From contig MFIK01000041.1 of assembly GCA_001778875.1 (NCBI GenBank), positions 2,033 through 66,032 on the forward strand: a DNA stretch of 64,000 nucleotides. Direction: 5' to 3'. Both the position numbers and the translations under genes were made by a program. This DNA comes from Candidatus Giovannonibacteria bacterium RIFCSPLOWO2_02_FULL_43_54. GTDB taxonomy: Bacteria; Patescibacteriota; Minisyncoccia; UBA11713; 2-01-FULL-45-33. Shown here piece after piece: positions 45,991-55,799 of the stretch. The notes under the pieces were generated by a model, which saw nothing but the letters and a program-made list of their open reading frames with translations, ran no database searches and was not told the DNA's origin. Positions within the stretch are counted from its first letter, which is position 1. Each line of letters opens with the position of its first letter.

Positions 45991-47253
45991 TTACTCTGCC
46001 GCTATGCCATCCCCCGAAACATCGCCTTCGGTGGTTGCTTCGGCTACAACTTCGCCGCCGCGAGAGCGGATGTCTATTTTATAACCGGTTAGTTTCGCGG
46101 CAAGACGCACATTTTGTCCGCCTTTGCCGATAGCTAATGATAACTGGTCTTCGGCAACCGTCACTTTGGCGTGTTTTCTTTCTTCGTCAATGTCCACTTC
46201 CAAAATTTTCGCCGGGGAGAGCGAGGACGAAATATATTTTTCCGCGTTATCGTTAAATTGGATAATATCGATCTTCTCGCCTCCCAATTCCGATATCACG
46301 GTGCTGACCCTGACGCCTTTCTGTCCGACGCAGGAGCCGACCGGGTCGATGTTGTCTTCGTGCGACGAGACCGCGATCTTTGTCCTGGAACCGGCTTCTC
46401 TCGCGATATTTTTTATTTCAACGACGCCTGACGCGATTTCCGGCACCTCCATTTCAAATAGTTTTGCCACGAATTTCGGGTGGGATCTCGAAAGATATAT
46501 ATTAGGGCCGCGTTGCGATTTATCAACCGTAAGAAGCAGAGTTTTTATCCGCTCTCCTATCCTGTATCTTTCGCCTCTTACTTGTTCATCCGGAGGCAGG
46601 AGGCCTATGGCGCGGACAAGATCCAAAAATACCAGCCTTCCTTCCACTCTTTGGACGATTCCGCTCACGATTTCGCCTTCTTTGCCGGAAAATTCATCGT
46701 AAATTGAATCTCTTTCCGCCTCTCTTATTCTCTGCAGAATTACCTGCTTGGCTGTTTGCGCGGCTATGCGCCCGTAATCCTCTTTTGTTTCCAAAGGAAA
46801 AGTCAGCTCCTCCCCGAGTTTAACGCCTTTTTTGAGCGCTTTCGCTTCATCGATCATAATATGCCGGTCGGGGTTGAAGCGCACTTTTTTTACTTCTCCC
46901 TCGGCCAGACTTTCTCCCATTTCTTCCCTGGCCGCTTCTCTTGCTTCTTCGCGCTCGCTTTTGTATTCGGAAACATATGCACCGCCCGCGGCTTCACGCG
47001 CGGCTTCCTCGGCGGCGATTTCTTCCTCGGATTTGATCATTGATTCATCTACCACAGTTTTTACCTGCCAAAAAGCGGCGCCGCCGGTTGAGGCGTCGAA
47101 TTTTGACCGAACAATCTGGGTTTTCTTGCCGTAGTCTTTTTTATATGCCGCGGCCAAAGCCATCTCGATGGTCTCGATTATTTTTTCCTTTGAAATTCCT
47201 TTATCCTGGGCCAATTGGTCCAGCGCGGCGTTCAAGTTTTTGAGGTCTAACAT
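45991..47253 (-). CDS. nusA: Transcription elongation factor NusA
   Basis: GRIAAQTAKQVI, S1, AREAGSRTK, AIGKGGQNVRLA. Confidence 0.98.
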   Translation of the reverse strand: MLDLKNLNAALDQLAQDKGISKEKIIETIEMALAAAYKKDYGKKTQIVRSKFDASTGGAAFWQVKTVVDESMIKSEEEIAAEEAAREAAGGAYVSEYKSEREEAREAAREEMGESLAEGEVKKVRFNPDRHIMIDEAKALKKGVKLGEELTFPLETKEDYGRIAAQTAKQVILQRIREAERDSIYDEFSGKEGEIVSGIVQRVEGRLVFLDLVRAIGLLPPDEQVRGERYRIGERIKTLLLTVDKSQRGPNIYLSRSHPKFVAKLFEMEVPEIASGVVEIKNIAREAGSRTKIAVSSHEDNIDPVGSCVGQKGVRVSTVISELGGEKIDIIQFNDNAEKYISSSLSPAKILEVDIDEERKHAKVTVAEDQLSLAIGKGGQNVRLAAKLTGYKIDIRSRGGEVVAEATTEGDVSGDGIAAE

Positions 47254-47257
47254 AAAA

Positions 47258-47338
47258 TACTAATTACTAATAAAATACGAATATACTAATAAATTTTGAA
47301 TACCAATTTGTATATTCGTACGATATTAGTAATTGGTA
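47258..47338. repeat. AT-rich long inverted repeat immediately upstream of nusA
   Basis: TACTAATTACTAATA..TACGAATATAC / GTATATTCGTA..TATTAGTAATTGGTA. Confidence 0.8.
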
Positions 47339-47472
47339 CTCGGTAACAAAAAATCCATGCTAATCATGGACATTATCAAGTCTAGCGCAAAGTAAACAAG
47401 ATGTCAAGCCAGCCAGCTTATTCCCAATCTAGAATTATGTATAAACCAATAAATTTAATATAATAGGTAAAT

Positions 47473-48426
47473 ATGGAGAATAAGTGGTATGACGGGTTAA
47501 ATTTGAGAAAGATTTGCGGAAAATACAGGGTAAGCGTGTTGCAATGCCCGCAATTCCTGTTTTTAGTAATGGGCCTCATTATTATTGTGACAGTTTTGGC
47601 GGCCTATGTGGCGGCAAGCGCCTATGATCAGCCGGAGCTTGCCGCCTTGTCGGTCTTGATCTTAGCTTCAGTGCTCTTTGTTATCGGTCACATGATTATT
47701 TCCGCTTTCGAAAAAGTGGCGCTGTCTTCGCTTTCAAAATCCGAATTCATAAGTATAATGTCGCACCAGCTCCGCTCGCCGTTATCCGCGGTAAAATGGC
47801 AATTAAACGTAATGCTGTCAGAGGATGCGAAGCAGGAAGACAAATTGAACGACCGCGCGCGCGCGTATCTGGAGGCAATCTACGGACAAAATGAAAGAAT
47901 GATAAGGGCGGTAAATGACTTGCTGGAGGTAAATCGCATCGAGGACCGCGATCTTATTCTGCGGCCGACGGCCTTTTCTTTGCGCGCACTTACCGAGCGG
48001 GTCATGAAAAATTACGAAAAATTTTCTTCGGCCAATAATGTGCAGATAGGCGTTTTTGCACAGGACGACTTGCCGATGGTCCTGGCCGATGAAGAACGGA
48101 TAAAAAGGGTGATCGAGCATTTGACGGATAACGCGGTAAGGTATTCGACAAAAAAGAGCGAAATAAAAATAAGCATAAAAAATTACGGGGACAGGATCGA
48201 TTGGAAAATAATCGACCAGGGCGCAGGAATACCGGACACTGACAAGCCGAGAATATTCGATAAATTTTTCCGCTCCGTGAATGCAAGCCGTTATCAAACT
48301 GAAGGTTCAGGAGTTGGATTATTTATCGCGAAATCTATAATAAAAATGCACGGGGGAGTTATCGGATTTTCCTCCGAATTAGAAAAAGGGTCGACATTTT
48401 GGTTTTCCCTTCCAATTAAGAAATGA
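47473..48426 (+). CDS. Sensor histidine kinase (2 TM)
   Basis: SHQLRSPL H-box, DNAVRY, DQGAGI, GSGVGL. Confidence 0.95.
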   Translation: MENKWYDGLNLRKICGKYRVSVLQCPQFLFLVMGLIIIVTVLAAYVAASAYDQPELAALSVLILASVLFVIGHMIISAFEKVALSSLSKSEFISIMSHQLRSPLSAVKWQLNVMLSEDAKQEDKLNDRARAYLEAIYGQNERMIRAVNDLLEVNRIEDRDLILRPTAFSLRALTERVMKNYEKFSSANNVQIGVFAQDDLPMVLADEERIKRVIEHLTDNAVRYSTKKSEIKISIKNYGDRIDWKIIDQGAGIPDTDKPRIFDKFFRSVNASRYQTEGSGVGLFIAKSIIKMHGGVIGFSSELEKGSTFWFSLPIKK

Positions 48427-48429
48427 GGA

Positions 48430-48456
48430 GGCCAGCCTCGCCGAGTCTAGGCGGGC
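48430..48456. repeat. Short GC palindromic element
   Basis: GGCCAGCCTCGCCGAGTCTAGGCGGGC in an AT-rich spacer. Confidence 0.5.
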
Positions 48457-48490
48457 AAACATTATAAATTTATTAATTAAATAAAAAAAT

Positions 48491-48862
48491 ATGAAAAAGA
48501 TTTTATTTATCGAGGACGAGGAATCTCTGCAGCGGGCTATGGGCTCGATGTTGGAGCAGAAAAAAATGCAGATATTAAAAGCGCTTAACGGCGAGGATGG
48601 GCTTAATATCGCAAAAAAAGAAACGCCCGACCTCATTCTGTTAGACCTTATTTTGCCGAAGAAAAACGGTTTCGAGGTGCTTGGGGAATTAAAAAAAGAT
48701 CCGGGAACGAAAGATATACCGATAATAGTGCTCACCAATCTTGAGGGAAGCACTGACATTGAGCGCGCCTTGGCTTTGGGTGCAACGACCTATCTTGTTA
48801 AGGCAAATTACACACTCGAAGACATAATGGCCAAGATCGAGAGCGTTTTGGAGCATAAGTAA
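48491..48862 (+). CDS. Single-domain response regulator
   Basis: IEDE, LLDLILP, LTN, YLVK. Confidence 0.95.
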   Translation: MKKILFIEDEESLQRAMGSMLEQKKMQILKALNGEDGLNIAKKETPDLILLDLILPKKNGFEVLGELKKDPGTKDIPIIVLTNLEGSTDIERALALGATTYLVKANYTLEDIMAKIESVLEHK

Positions 48863-48923
48863 AAATGGATCTAAAAAAACTTGTATTTGTTGATTAACAG
48901 TCATTTCATGCTATTATCCGAAT

Positions 48924-49151
48924 ATGGAAACAATGATACAAAAAGGATATAAAGAGATTTTACGCAGACAAAATAAGCTCGAAATGGAATTGGCATTGAT
49001 TAAAAAAACCGTTTTGGCGAATGATGAATCAAACATAAAACCTTCTGTTTTAAAGCGCTGGGAAAGGATTAGTCGCGATATGGATCGAGGCAAAGCGGCG
49101 CGCGCGTTTAATTCTGTGCAAGAGATGAAAAAATGGCTTAAGAATTTGTAA
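48924..49151 (+). CDS. Probable type II antitoxin
   Basis: 75 aa ending FNSVQEMKKWL, directly upstream of a RelE-like gene. Confidence 0.6.
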   Translation: METMIQKGYKEILRRQNKLEMELALIKKTVLANDESNIKPSVLKRWERISRDMDRGKAARAFNSVQEMKKWLKNL

Positions 49152-49152
49152 G

Positions 49153-49440
49153 GTGTTTGAAAAACAATCAAGCGCGATAAACAAAATTACTAATTCTCAA
49201 GAATTTGAGAAAGTTATTATCAAATTAAAAAAGAAAGACGATTCTCTTTTTGATCAGCTTACCGTCCAAATGGAAAAAGCAGTAAGAATTCCAAATATTG
49301 GAAAACCTCTTCGCTATACATTAAAGAATCGCAGGCGTCTGCATGTCGGTTCTTTTGTTTTGGTTTATGAATTTTTTAACGGAGAATTGAAATTTTTAGA
49401 TTTCGACCATCATGATAAGATTTATAAAAAGTATAAATAA
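49153..49440 (+). CDS. RelE/ParE-family toxin
   Basis: GKPLRYTL..RRLHVGSFVLVYE..DFDHHDKIY. Confidence 0.8.
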   Translation: MFEKQSSAINKITNSQEFEKVIIKLKKKDDSLFDQLTVQMEKAVRIPNIGKPLRYTLKNRRRLHVGSFVLVYEFFNGELKFLDFDHHDKIYKKYK

Positions 49441-49468
49441 CAAAATTATTTTGTAATTTTTTAACGGA

Positions 49469-51220
49469 ATGAAAATTGAACAGCAACAATTAAAGGCTTT
49501 TTTGCTTGATTCGGAGCTGGTAAGCAAAGCGGATATCGAGAAGGCGGAAAAAGAGGCGAAAACATCCGGGAAAAAGATCGACGACGTTCTTTTGGCCCAA
49601 AAAAAAGTATCTGAAGCGGATATTACGCGCGTTAAAGCCTATATTTTAGGCATACCGTTCGTAAATCTTGAAGGGGAAAAGATCGACCCGAAAATTTTAG
49701 GGATAATTCCGGAACCGATCGCTAAAAAAAATAATATCGTGGCTTTCAAAAAAAACGGACCAAACCTTGAGGTCGCCATGCTCGATCCCGAGGACCTCGG
49801 GACAATAGAATTTATCAAGAAAAAAGCCGACCTCAAAATTCTGCCGAGGTTAACCAGTATCGCGTCTATAAAATATGTTTTGGCGCAGTATCAGAAAAGC
49901 CTCGAGGCTGAATTTGGAGATATCATTAAGGGCGAAACCGAAACTTTAGCAAAAGTTGCGAAAGATTCCGGCGCGGTTGCGGATGCCGGGGAATTAAAAA
50001 AGATTGCTGAAGACCTCCCGATTATAAGGATAGTAGATACCTTGATCCGCCACGCTATTCTTGGAAGAGCATCGGACATTCATATCGAGCCGATGGAGAA
50101 GGAAGTTTTGGTCCGTTATAGAATAGACGGGATTCTCCATGACGCGATGGTTTTGCCGGCACAAGTCGCCGCCGGCATCGTGGCCCGCATAAAAGTACTT
50201 TCAAATTTAAAGTTAGATGAACATAGGCTGCCACAAGATGGGCGGTTTAAAATTGAGACTCCGGAATACAAGATATCTTTTCGTGTCTCGGTGCTTCCAG
50301 TATTTGACGGCGAAAAAGTCGTAATGAGGCTCCTTCCCGAAGATTCCAAAGGATTCGGACTTGAGGATCTTGGCTTTCACGGAGAGGCGCTTGAACTTTT
50401 GTATAAAAATATAAAAAAACCGGTCGGTATGATCTTGGCTACCGGTCCTACCGGTTCCGGGAAAACAACGACGCTCTATTCAATCCTTGCCATACTTAAC
50501 GTGCCGGGAGTAAATATTTCCACGATTGAAGACCCTATTGAATACAGGATGCCGCGAGTAAATCAAACGCAGGTTCGTCCGGACATCGGTTTTACTTTCG
50601 CAACCGGGTTGAGGTCTTTGGTTCGTCAGGATCCGGACATCATAATGGTAGGAGAGATCAGAGACAGAGAGACCGTTGATCTTGCTATAAACGCCGCGTT
50701 GACAGGACATCTCGTGCTTTCAACCTTGCATACGAATTCCGCCGCGGGCGCGCTGCCAAGAATGCTCGACATGGGTGTGGAACCGTTTTTGATAGTTTCT
50801 ACCGTGAATATAATGATCGGCCAGAGGCTGGTAAGGAGACTGGCAAAAGAAAAAACCGCATACAATCTTTCGGATACCGAATTCAAAGAATTGGGCAAAG
50901 AAGTGGATCTAGACCGGGTTTTGGCCGTTTTAAAAAAAGAAAAAATAATTTCCCCGAAAGCGTCCTGGAAAGATGTAAGTTTTTACAAGCCAAAGCCGTC
51001 GTCTGACACGGAAGACGGCTACTTGAGCCGGATAGGAATACATGAGGTTTTGGCTGTTACTCCAACTATCAAGGAGCTTGTGATGAAGGGTGCTACAGCT
51101 GACACTATTGAAGCGCAGGCGAAATCGGAAGGAATGATGACGATGCTGGAAGACGGCATTTTCAAATGCGTTCAAGGTATTACTACTATTGAAGAGATAT
51201 TGAGGGTTACGAGGGAATAG
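49469..51220 (+). CDS. pilB: Type IV pilus assembly ATPase
   Basis: ASDIHIEP, PQDGR, GPTGSGKTT, RQDPDIIMVGEIRD, TGHLVLSTLH. Confidence 0.96.
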   Translation: MKIEQQQLKAFLLDSELVSKADIEKAEKEAKTSGKKIDDVLLAQKKVSEADITRVKAYILGIPFVNLEGEKIDPKILGIIPEPIAKKNNIVAFKKNGPNLEVAMLDPEDLGTIEFIKKKADLKILPRLTSIASIKYVLAQYQKSLEAEFGDIIKGETETLAKVAKDSGAVADAGELKKIAEDLPIIRIVDTLIRHAILGRASDIHIEPMEKEVLVRYRIDGILHDAMVLPAQVAAGIVARIKVLSNLKLDEHRLPQDGRFKIETPEYKISFRVSVLPVFDGEKVVMRLLPEDSKGFGLEDLGFHGEALELLYKNIKKPVGMILATGPTGSGKTTTLYSILAILNVPGVNISTIEDPIEYRMPRVNQTQVRPDIGFTFATGLRSLVRQDPDIIMVGEIRDRETVDLAINAALTGHLVLSTLHTNSAAGALPRMLDMGVEPFLIVSTVNIMIGQRLVRRLAKEKTAYNLSDTEFKELGKEVDLDRVLAVLKKEKIISPKASWKDVSFYKPKPSSDTEDGYLSRIGIHEVLAVTPTIKELVMKGATADTIEAQAKSEGMMTMLEDGIFKCVQGITTIEEILRVTRE

Positions 51221-51246
51221 CGGCTATATTATGTTAAAATATAGTC

Positions 51247-52485
51247 ATGCCGGTTTTTCATTATAAAGCGAGGGATACGCAGGGCGCGGAGCTCGAGGGA
51301 GACAGGGAAGCGAAAGATCAGTATGAACTTGCAAAGGCGCTTAGGGCGGAGAATCTCCAGCCGGTTTTTATCACGGATCAGAAAAACGCAAAAAGGGGGA
51401 TTTTTTCTGCAAATATTAAACTGAATCATTATACCCCATCTTTCTTGGCGCGGATTAGTTTGGAGGAAAAAATGAATTTCGCGAGGAATGCCGCCGTTAT
51501 GATCGGAGCGGGACTATCGCTGTCCAAGGCGCTCGATGTAATGACCAGGCAGACCACGAATGAAAAATTCAAAGGAATAATTTTTGCGATGGTAGATACG
51601 ATCAAGCGGGGAAAAACATTTGCCGAGGCCTTGGAAGAATATCCGAATGTTTTTCCGGGCTATTTTCGGGAAATGGTGAGGGCCGGAGAAAAATCCGGAA
51701 AATTGGAAGACTCGCTGAAGCTGGTTGCGATGCAATTAAAGAAAGATTACACGCTCCGCAGGAAGATCAGAAGCGCCATGATCTATCCGGCGATAATTAT
51801 TCTTGCGATGATCGGCATCGGCATTTTGATGCTGATCTACGTGGTTCCGACGCTTGTGCAGACTTTCGGCGAATTAAAAGTCGAACTTCCTGCCTCAACG
51901 AAGTTTATTGTTTTCTTAAGCCAGGCTCTCGTTGACAGCTGGTATTTAATGCTGTTGGGGGCAGCTGTTATAGGATATGGCGCGTTTCGGGCGATTAAAA
52001 CTGCGGCGGGGAAAATGGTCGCTGATTGGGCATTCATACATGCCCCGGTGATCAAGGGTATTAATCAAAAATTCAACGCCGCGCGCACATGCAGGACATT
52101 ATCATCGCTGCTTTCTTCCGGAGTCGATGTTCTCGAGGCTCTTTCCATAACCAAAGGGGTTTTACAAAACAGCTATTATCAGGCGGTGCTGGAAAACGCA
52201 CGCGGCCTGATCCAAAAAGGAGAAACTATCTCCAAAGCTTTTGTCGCGGCTGAAGGCCTTTTTCCACCGCTTGTCGGAGAGATGATGTCGGTTGGCGAAG
52301 AGACTGGTGAACTTTCAAATATGCTTTTGAGGCTTTCGATCTTTTATGAAAATGAAGTTTCCGTGGCCACAAAAGACCTTTCCACGATAATCGAACCGCT
52401 GCTTATGATAATTATAGGTATTGTCGTCGGTTTTTTCGCGATATCGATGATTTCGCCGATGTATAACTTGGTAGGAGCTTTCTAA
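51247..52485 (+). CDS. pilC: Type IV pilus platform protein
   Basis: Two GspF domains (GEKSGKL, GEETGEL, IEP). Confidence 0.96.
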   Translation: MPVFHYKARDTQGAELEGDREAKDQYELAKALRAENLQPVFITDQKNAKRGIFSANIKLNHYTPSFLARISLEEKMNFARNAAVMIGAGLSLSKALDVMTRQTTNEKFKGIIFAMVDTIKRGKTFAEALEEYPNVFPGYFREMVRAGEKSGKLEDSLKLVAMQLKKDYTLRRKIRSAMIYPAIIILAMIGIGILMLIYVVPTLVQTFGELKVELPASTKFIVFLSQALVDSWYLMLLGAAVIGYGAFRAIKTAAGKMVADWAFIHAPVIKGINQKFNAARTCRTLSSLLSSGVDVLEALSITKGVLQNSYYQAVLENARGLIQKGETISKAFVAAEGLFPPLVGEMMSVGEETGELSNMLLRLSIFYENEVSVATKDLSTIIEPLLMIIIGIVVGFFAISMISPMYNLVGAF

Positions 52486-52490
52486 CGGCG

Positions 52491-52937
52491 ATGCGTGGAA
52501 TAACCTTATTGGAAATGCTTGTGGCGATGGGAATATTGATTATTGCCGCCACGATGATCGAAAGCGTTTTTTCGAATTTTTCGGACTCTGGCAAATTGAT
52601 CGAAGCGCATTCCGGCCTAATCGGAGTATTAAGGGACGCGAGAAGCAGGACGCTCGCGTCAGAATCATCTTCAAATTACGGAGTGCATTTCCAATCCGAC
52701 AGGGCCATACTCTTTCGCGGAAACACATATAATGCCGCCGACCCGGCGAATGAAGCTTATGTTTTGTCCGGCCGCTCCGAGATAGGCGCGATCGCGCTAT
52801 CCGGCGGCGCGAGCGACCTGATCTTTACCCGCTTGCATGGCACAACCACCGCGTCGGGCACGATAACGATAAGATCGACAAATAATCCGTCAAAAACCCG
52901 CATAATTACGATCTTGCCTTCAGGAGGAGTTCAGTAG
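52491..52937 (+). CDS. Minor pilin (FimT/GspH-like)
   Basis: G|ITLLE type III signal. Confidence 0.85.
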   Translation: MRGITLLEMLVAMGILIIAATMIESVFSNFSDSGKLIEAHSGLIGVLRDARSRTLASESSSNYGVHFQSDRAILFRGNTYNAADPANEAYVLSGRSEIGAIALSGGASDLIFTRLHGTTTASGTITIRSTNNPSKTRIITILPSGGVQ

Positions 52938-52964
52938 GGGCGTAAATATGTTAAAATAATAGTA

Positions 52965-53459
52965 ATGCGAATTGTCAAAAAAATCACCGGTTTCGGGGTG
53001 ATCGAGATCCTAATCGCTTCAGGAATCATTGGGGCTACGCTTTTTTCCTTATATTATGTTTTTGCGCTTGGAACACGCCTCTCTTCGGACGCCGGCAGCA
53101 AGGTCAGCGGAAATTTTTTGGCGGAAGAAGGCCTGGAAGCGGCAAGGTTTTTGCGCGATTCAAGCTGGCAGGCGAATATTTCAGGTTTAACTCCCGGAAT
53201 AAATTATTATATTTTATTCGATAAAATAAATTCCGCGTGGAGCATAGCAGCTTCTGCACCGGCGCCGATCGACGGCGTGTTTTACAGGACATTAACGGTG
53301 GAAAATGTTTTCCGCGATTCAGACGATAATATCGTAAGCTCCGGCGGAACAGTCGATCCAGACACAAAAAAAATAAATATCGAAATTGCGTGGCAGGGCA
53401 GGGGGGCGACTTCCACAATACTGCTTAGCACTTATTTAGCGGATTTATTCGAAAACTGA
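52965..53459 (+). CDS. Minor pilin (PilV-like)
   Basis: G|FGVIE signal; LAEEGLE. Confidence 0.85.
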   Translation: MRIVKKITGFGVIEILIASGIIGATLFSLYYVFALGTRLSSDAGSKVSGNFLAEEGLEAARFLRDSSWQANISGLTPGINYYILFDKINSAWSIAASAPAPIDGVFYRTLTVENVFRDSDDNIVSSGGTVDPDTKKINIEIAWQGRGATSTILLSTYLADLFEN

Positions 53460-53460
53460 C

Positions 53461-53943
53461 GTGAAAAAAAGTGGCTATTCATTATTAGAGGCGGTCATCT
53501 ATATTGCAATACTTTCCGTTGTCGCAATCGTTGTGGTCGAGTCGGTTTTTGTGCTCTACAAAGCTTATGGAAGGTCCCGTGTTGAACGGCGACTGAATCT
53601 AAATGGAGATCACGCGATCGAAAGAATCATAAGAGAGATCCGCCAGGCTACTTCCACGGACCTTGCCGGAAGCAGCTTTGGAACGAGCCCCGGAGTTCTT
53701 TTGGTCGGAGGCAAAACTTTTTCATTGGTCGGGCCCAACGGGCCGCTGCAAGCGGAGGAACAAGGAGGAGTCGCGGAAGCGATCACTTCCGATGTTGATG
53801 TTGTATCGCTTTATTTTTACCGGCAATCTACCTCTACTCCGTCAGAGATCATTAAAGCGGAAATTACGCTATCTGCCGGCGAAGGTTCGTTTTCTAAAAC
53901 AAAAAATTTTTATGGAAGCGCCGTTTTAAGAAAAAAATACTAA
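53461..53943 (+). CDS. Minor pilin (PilW-like)
   Basis: G|YSLLE signal; IIREIRQA. Confidence 0.85.
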   Translation: MKKSGYSLLEAVIYIAILSVVAIVVVESVFVLYKAYGRSRVERRLNLNGDHAIERIIREIRQATSTDLAGSSFGTSPGVLLVGGKTFSLVGPNGPLQAEEQGGVAEAITSDVDVVSLYFYRQSTSTPSEIIKAEITLSAGEGSFSKTKNFYGSAVLRKKY

Positions 53944-54056
53944 GCACTAAATTCTAAATACTAAACAAATCATAATGACCAAAATCTCAAAATTTAAAAC
54001 ATTAGAATTTAGAATTTTGAATTTATTTAGGGTTTGGTGCTTAGGATTTAGGATTT
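53941..54056. repeat. Heptamer-periodic AT-rich inverted-repeat element overlapping the pilX-like start
   Basis: TAAGCACTAAATTCTAAATA pairs with TATTTAGGGTTTGGTGCTTA; TTAG(A/G)AT units. Confidence 0.8.
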
Positions 54057-55795
54057 CCGCGCAGAAGCGCGGCCAGGCTGCGTTGATTGCCGTAGTATTC
54101 ATGCTCGCAATAACTTTATCCGCAGTTTTTGGGATAGTTGGTTTAGCTTTCAGGGAGATCAGGGTCTCAAGCGAGAATAATAAGGCGAAAAATTCGTATT
54201 TTACAGCGGAGGCAGGCATCGAGGATGCGGTTTACCGCCTAATGCGAGGTAAAAATTTGAGTTCTTCGTATTCCGTTACGCTAAATAATGCTACCGCGAA
54301 TATCGAGGTTACTGATATTGCTGCTTCACAAAAAGAAATCAATGCTTCCGGAGATTTTTCCGGCGCGCAACGAATTCTCAAAGCTTCTTTACTCACAGGA
54401 ACGGATTCCGCAAGTTTTTTTTACGGAGTGCAAGTGGGCGACGGAGGCCTAGAGATGGAAAATAATTCAATAGTCAATGGAAATGTTTATTCAAACGGCA
54501 GTATTGAGGGCGAAAATGGAGCGCACATAACAGGGGACGTGGTTGTTGCCGGCGGAATAACAATTCTGCCGAGCGTTGAGTGGGCGACTCATAACACAGA
54601 CCAGTTTTTTGCAACAGCTTCTTCGAATAGAGACATAGCGCAGTCTTTCACGGCGGCTTCCGAAGGAAATTTGGCTAAAGTGTCGGTTTATTTGGGAAAA
54701 GTCGGCGCTCCCTCCGGAAATATTACTTTGAAAATTGCCAATGATAATTCCGGAAAACCGTCTACCGGCAATATAGCTAGTGCGACAATCCCGAATTCTT
54801 CCGTCGGAGCGACTCCGTCATGGATAGATGTTTCTTTTTCTTCTTCTCCAAATCTCACTAACGGAAATAAATATTGGATAGTTTTGGATTATGGCTCGAA
54901 TTCAGCAACTAATTATTGGAATTGGAGGAAAGATAATACAGATGCTTACGCGAATAATACCGGAAAATATACAAGCAATTGTTGTTCAGGAAGCCCGACT
55001 TGGATCAACGCTGGCGGCGATTTGGCATTCAAGGTTTGGATAGGCGGGGTTAATACATCTATCGATGGTTTAACAATCGGCGACAGTATTAGCGGCAGCG
55101 GACGGGCGAATCTTTTCATAAACACAACAATACATGGTTCAGTCTGCCCTAACCAATATTGCATTACGGACAATCCATCGAAAGAAAATATGCCGATATC
55201 TGATGGTTTAGTTCAGGACTGGAAGAACGCTGCTTTGGCCGGCGGCACATGCGCGCCTCCAACTTGCTCAAGCTCGGGAGATTACACATTAGACAATTTT
55301 ACCTCCGGAAGTTTGGGCCCCATTAAAATACCCGGAAGCATGACTATTAGCAATGGGGCAACACTTACTGTGACCGGCACCATATGGGTGCAAGGCACGA
55401 TTTCACTTTCGAATAATGCGATTATACGGCTAGATCCTTCTTATAGCGAAAATTCAGGTTTAATTATTGCGGACGGAGACATCTCCGTCAGTAATGGCGT
55501 TACATTTTTTGGATCCGGACAGGCAGGAAGTTATTTCATGCTTTTATCGGCTCAAAATGATCCGAATGGCGTTGTAATAAATATCAGCAACAACGCGTTG
55601 GGTGTGATATATTATGCCAATAATGGTAAAATACATTTTTCAAATAATGCAACGGCGAAGGAAGCAACAGGATACGGGATAGAGCTTGATAATAATGCTT
55701 CTATTACTTATGAATCAGGCCTTGCAAATATAAATTTTTCTTCCGGCCCTTCGGGCGGGTGGGATATTAGAAGCTGGCAGGAAGTAATTCCTTAA
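53975..55795 (+). CDS. Large PilX-like minor pilin/adhesin
   Basis: RG|QAAL signal without E5, AEAGIEDA, internal beta-sandwich (AQSFT..KYWIVL), beta-helix-like C-terminus, SWQEV. Confidence 0.85.
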   Translation: MTKISKFKTLEFRILNLFRVWCLGFRISAQKRGQAALIAVVFMLAITLSAVFGIVGLAFREIRVSSENNKAKNSYFTAEAGIEDAVYRLMRGKNLSSSYSVTLNNATANIEVTDIAASQKEINASGDFSGAQRILKASLLTGTDSASFFYGVQVGDGGLEMENNSIVNGNVYSNGSIEGENGAHITGDVVVAGGITILPSVEWATHNTDQFFATASSNRDIAQSFTAASEGNLAKVSVYLGKVGAPSGNITLKIANDNSGKPSTGNIASATIPNSSVGATPSWIDVSFSSSPNLTNGNKYWIVLDYGSNSATNYWNWRKDNTDAYANNTGKYTSNCCSGSPTWINAGGDLAFKVWIGGVNTSIDGLTIGDSISGSGRANLFINTTIHGSVCPNQYCITDNPSKENMPISDGLVQDWKNAALAGGTCAPPTCSSSGDYTLDNFTSGSLGPIKIPGSMTISNGATLTVTGTIWVQGTISLSNNAIIRLDPSYSENSGLIIADGDISVSNGVTFFGSGQAGSYFMLLSAQNDPNGVVINISNNALGVIYYANNGKIHFSNNATAKEATGYGIELDNNASITYESGLANINFSSGPSGGWDIRSWQEVIP

Positions 55796-55799
55796 AAAT

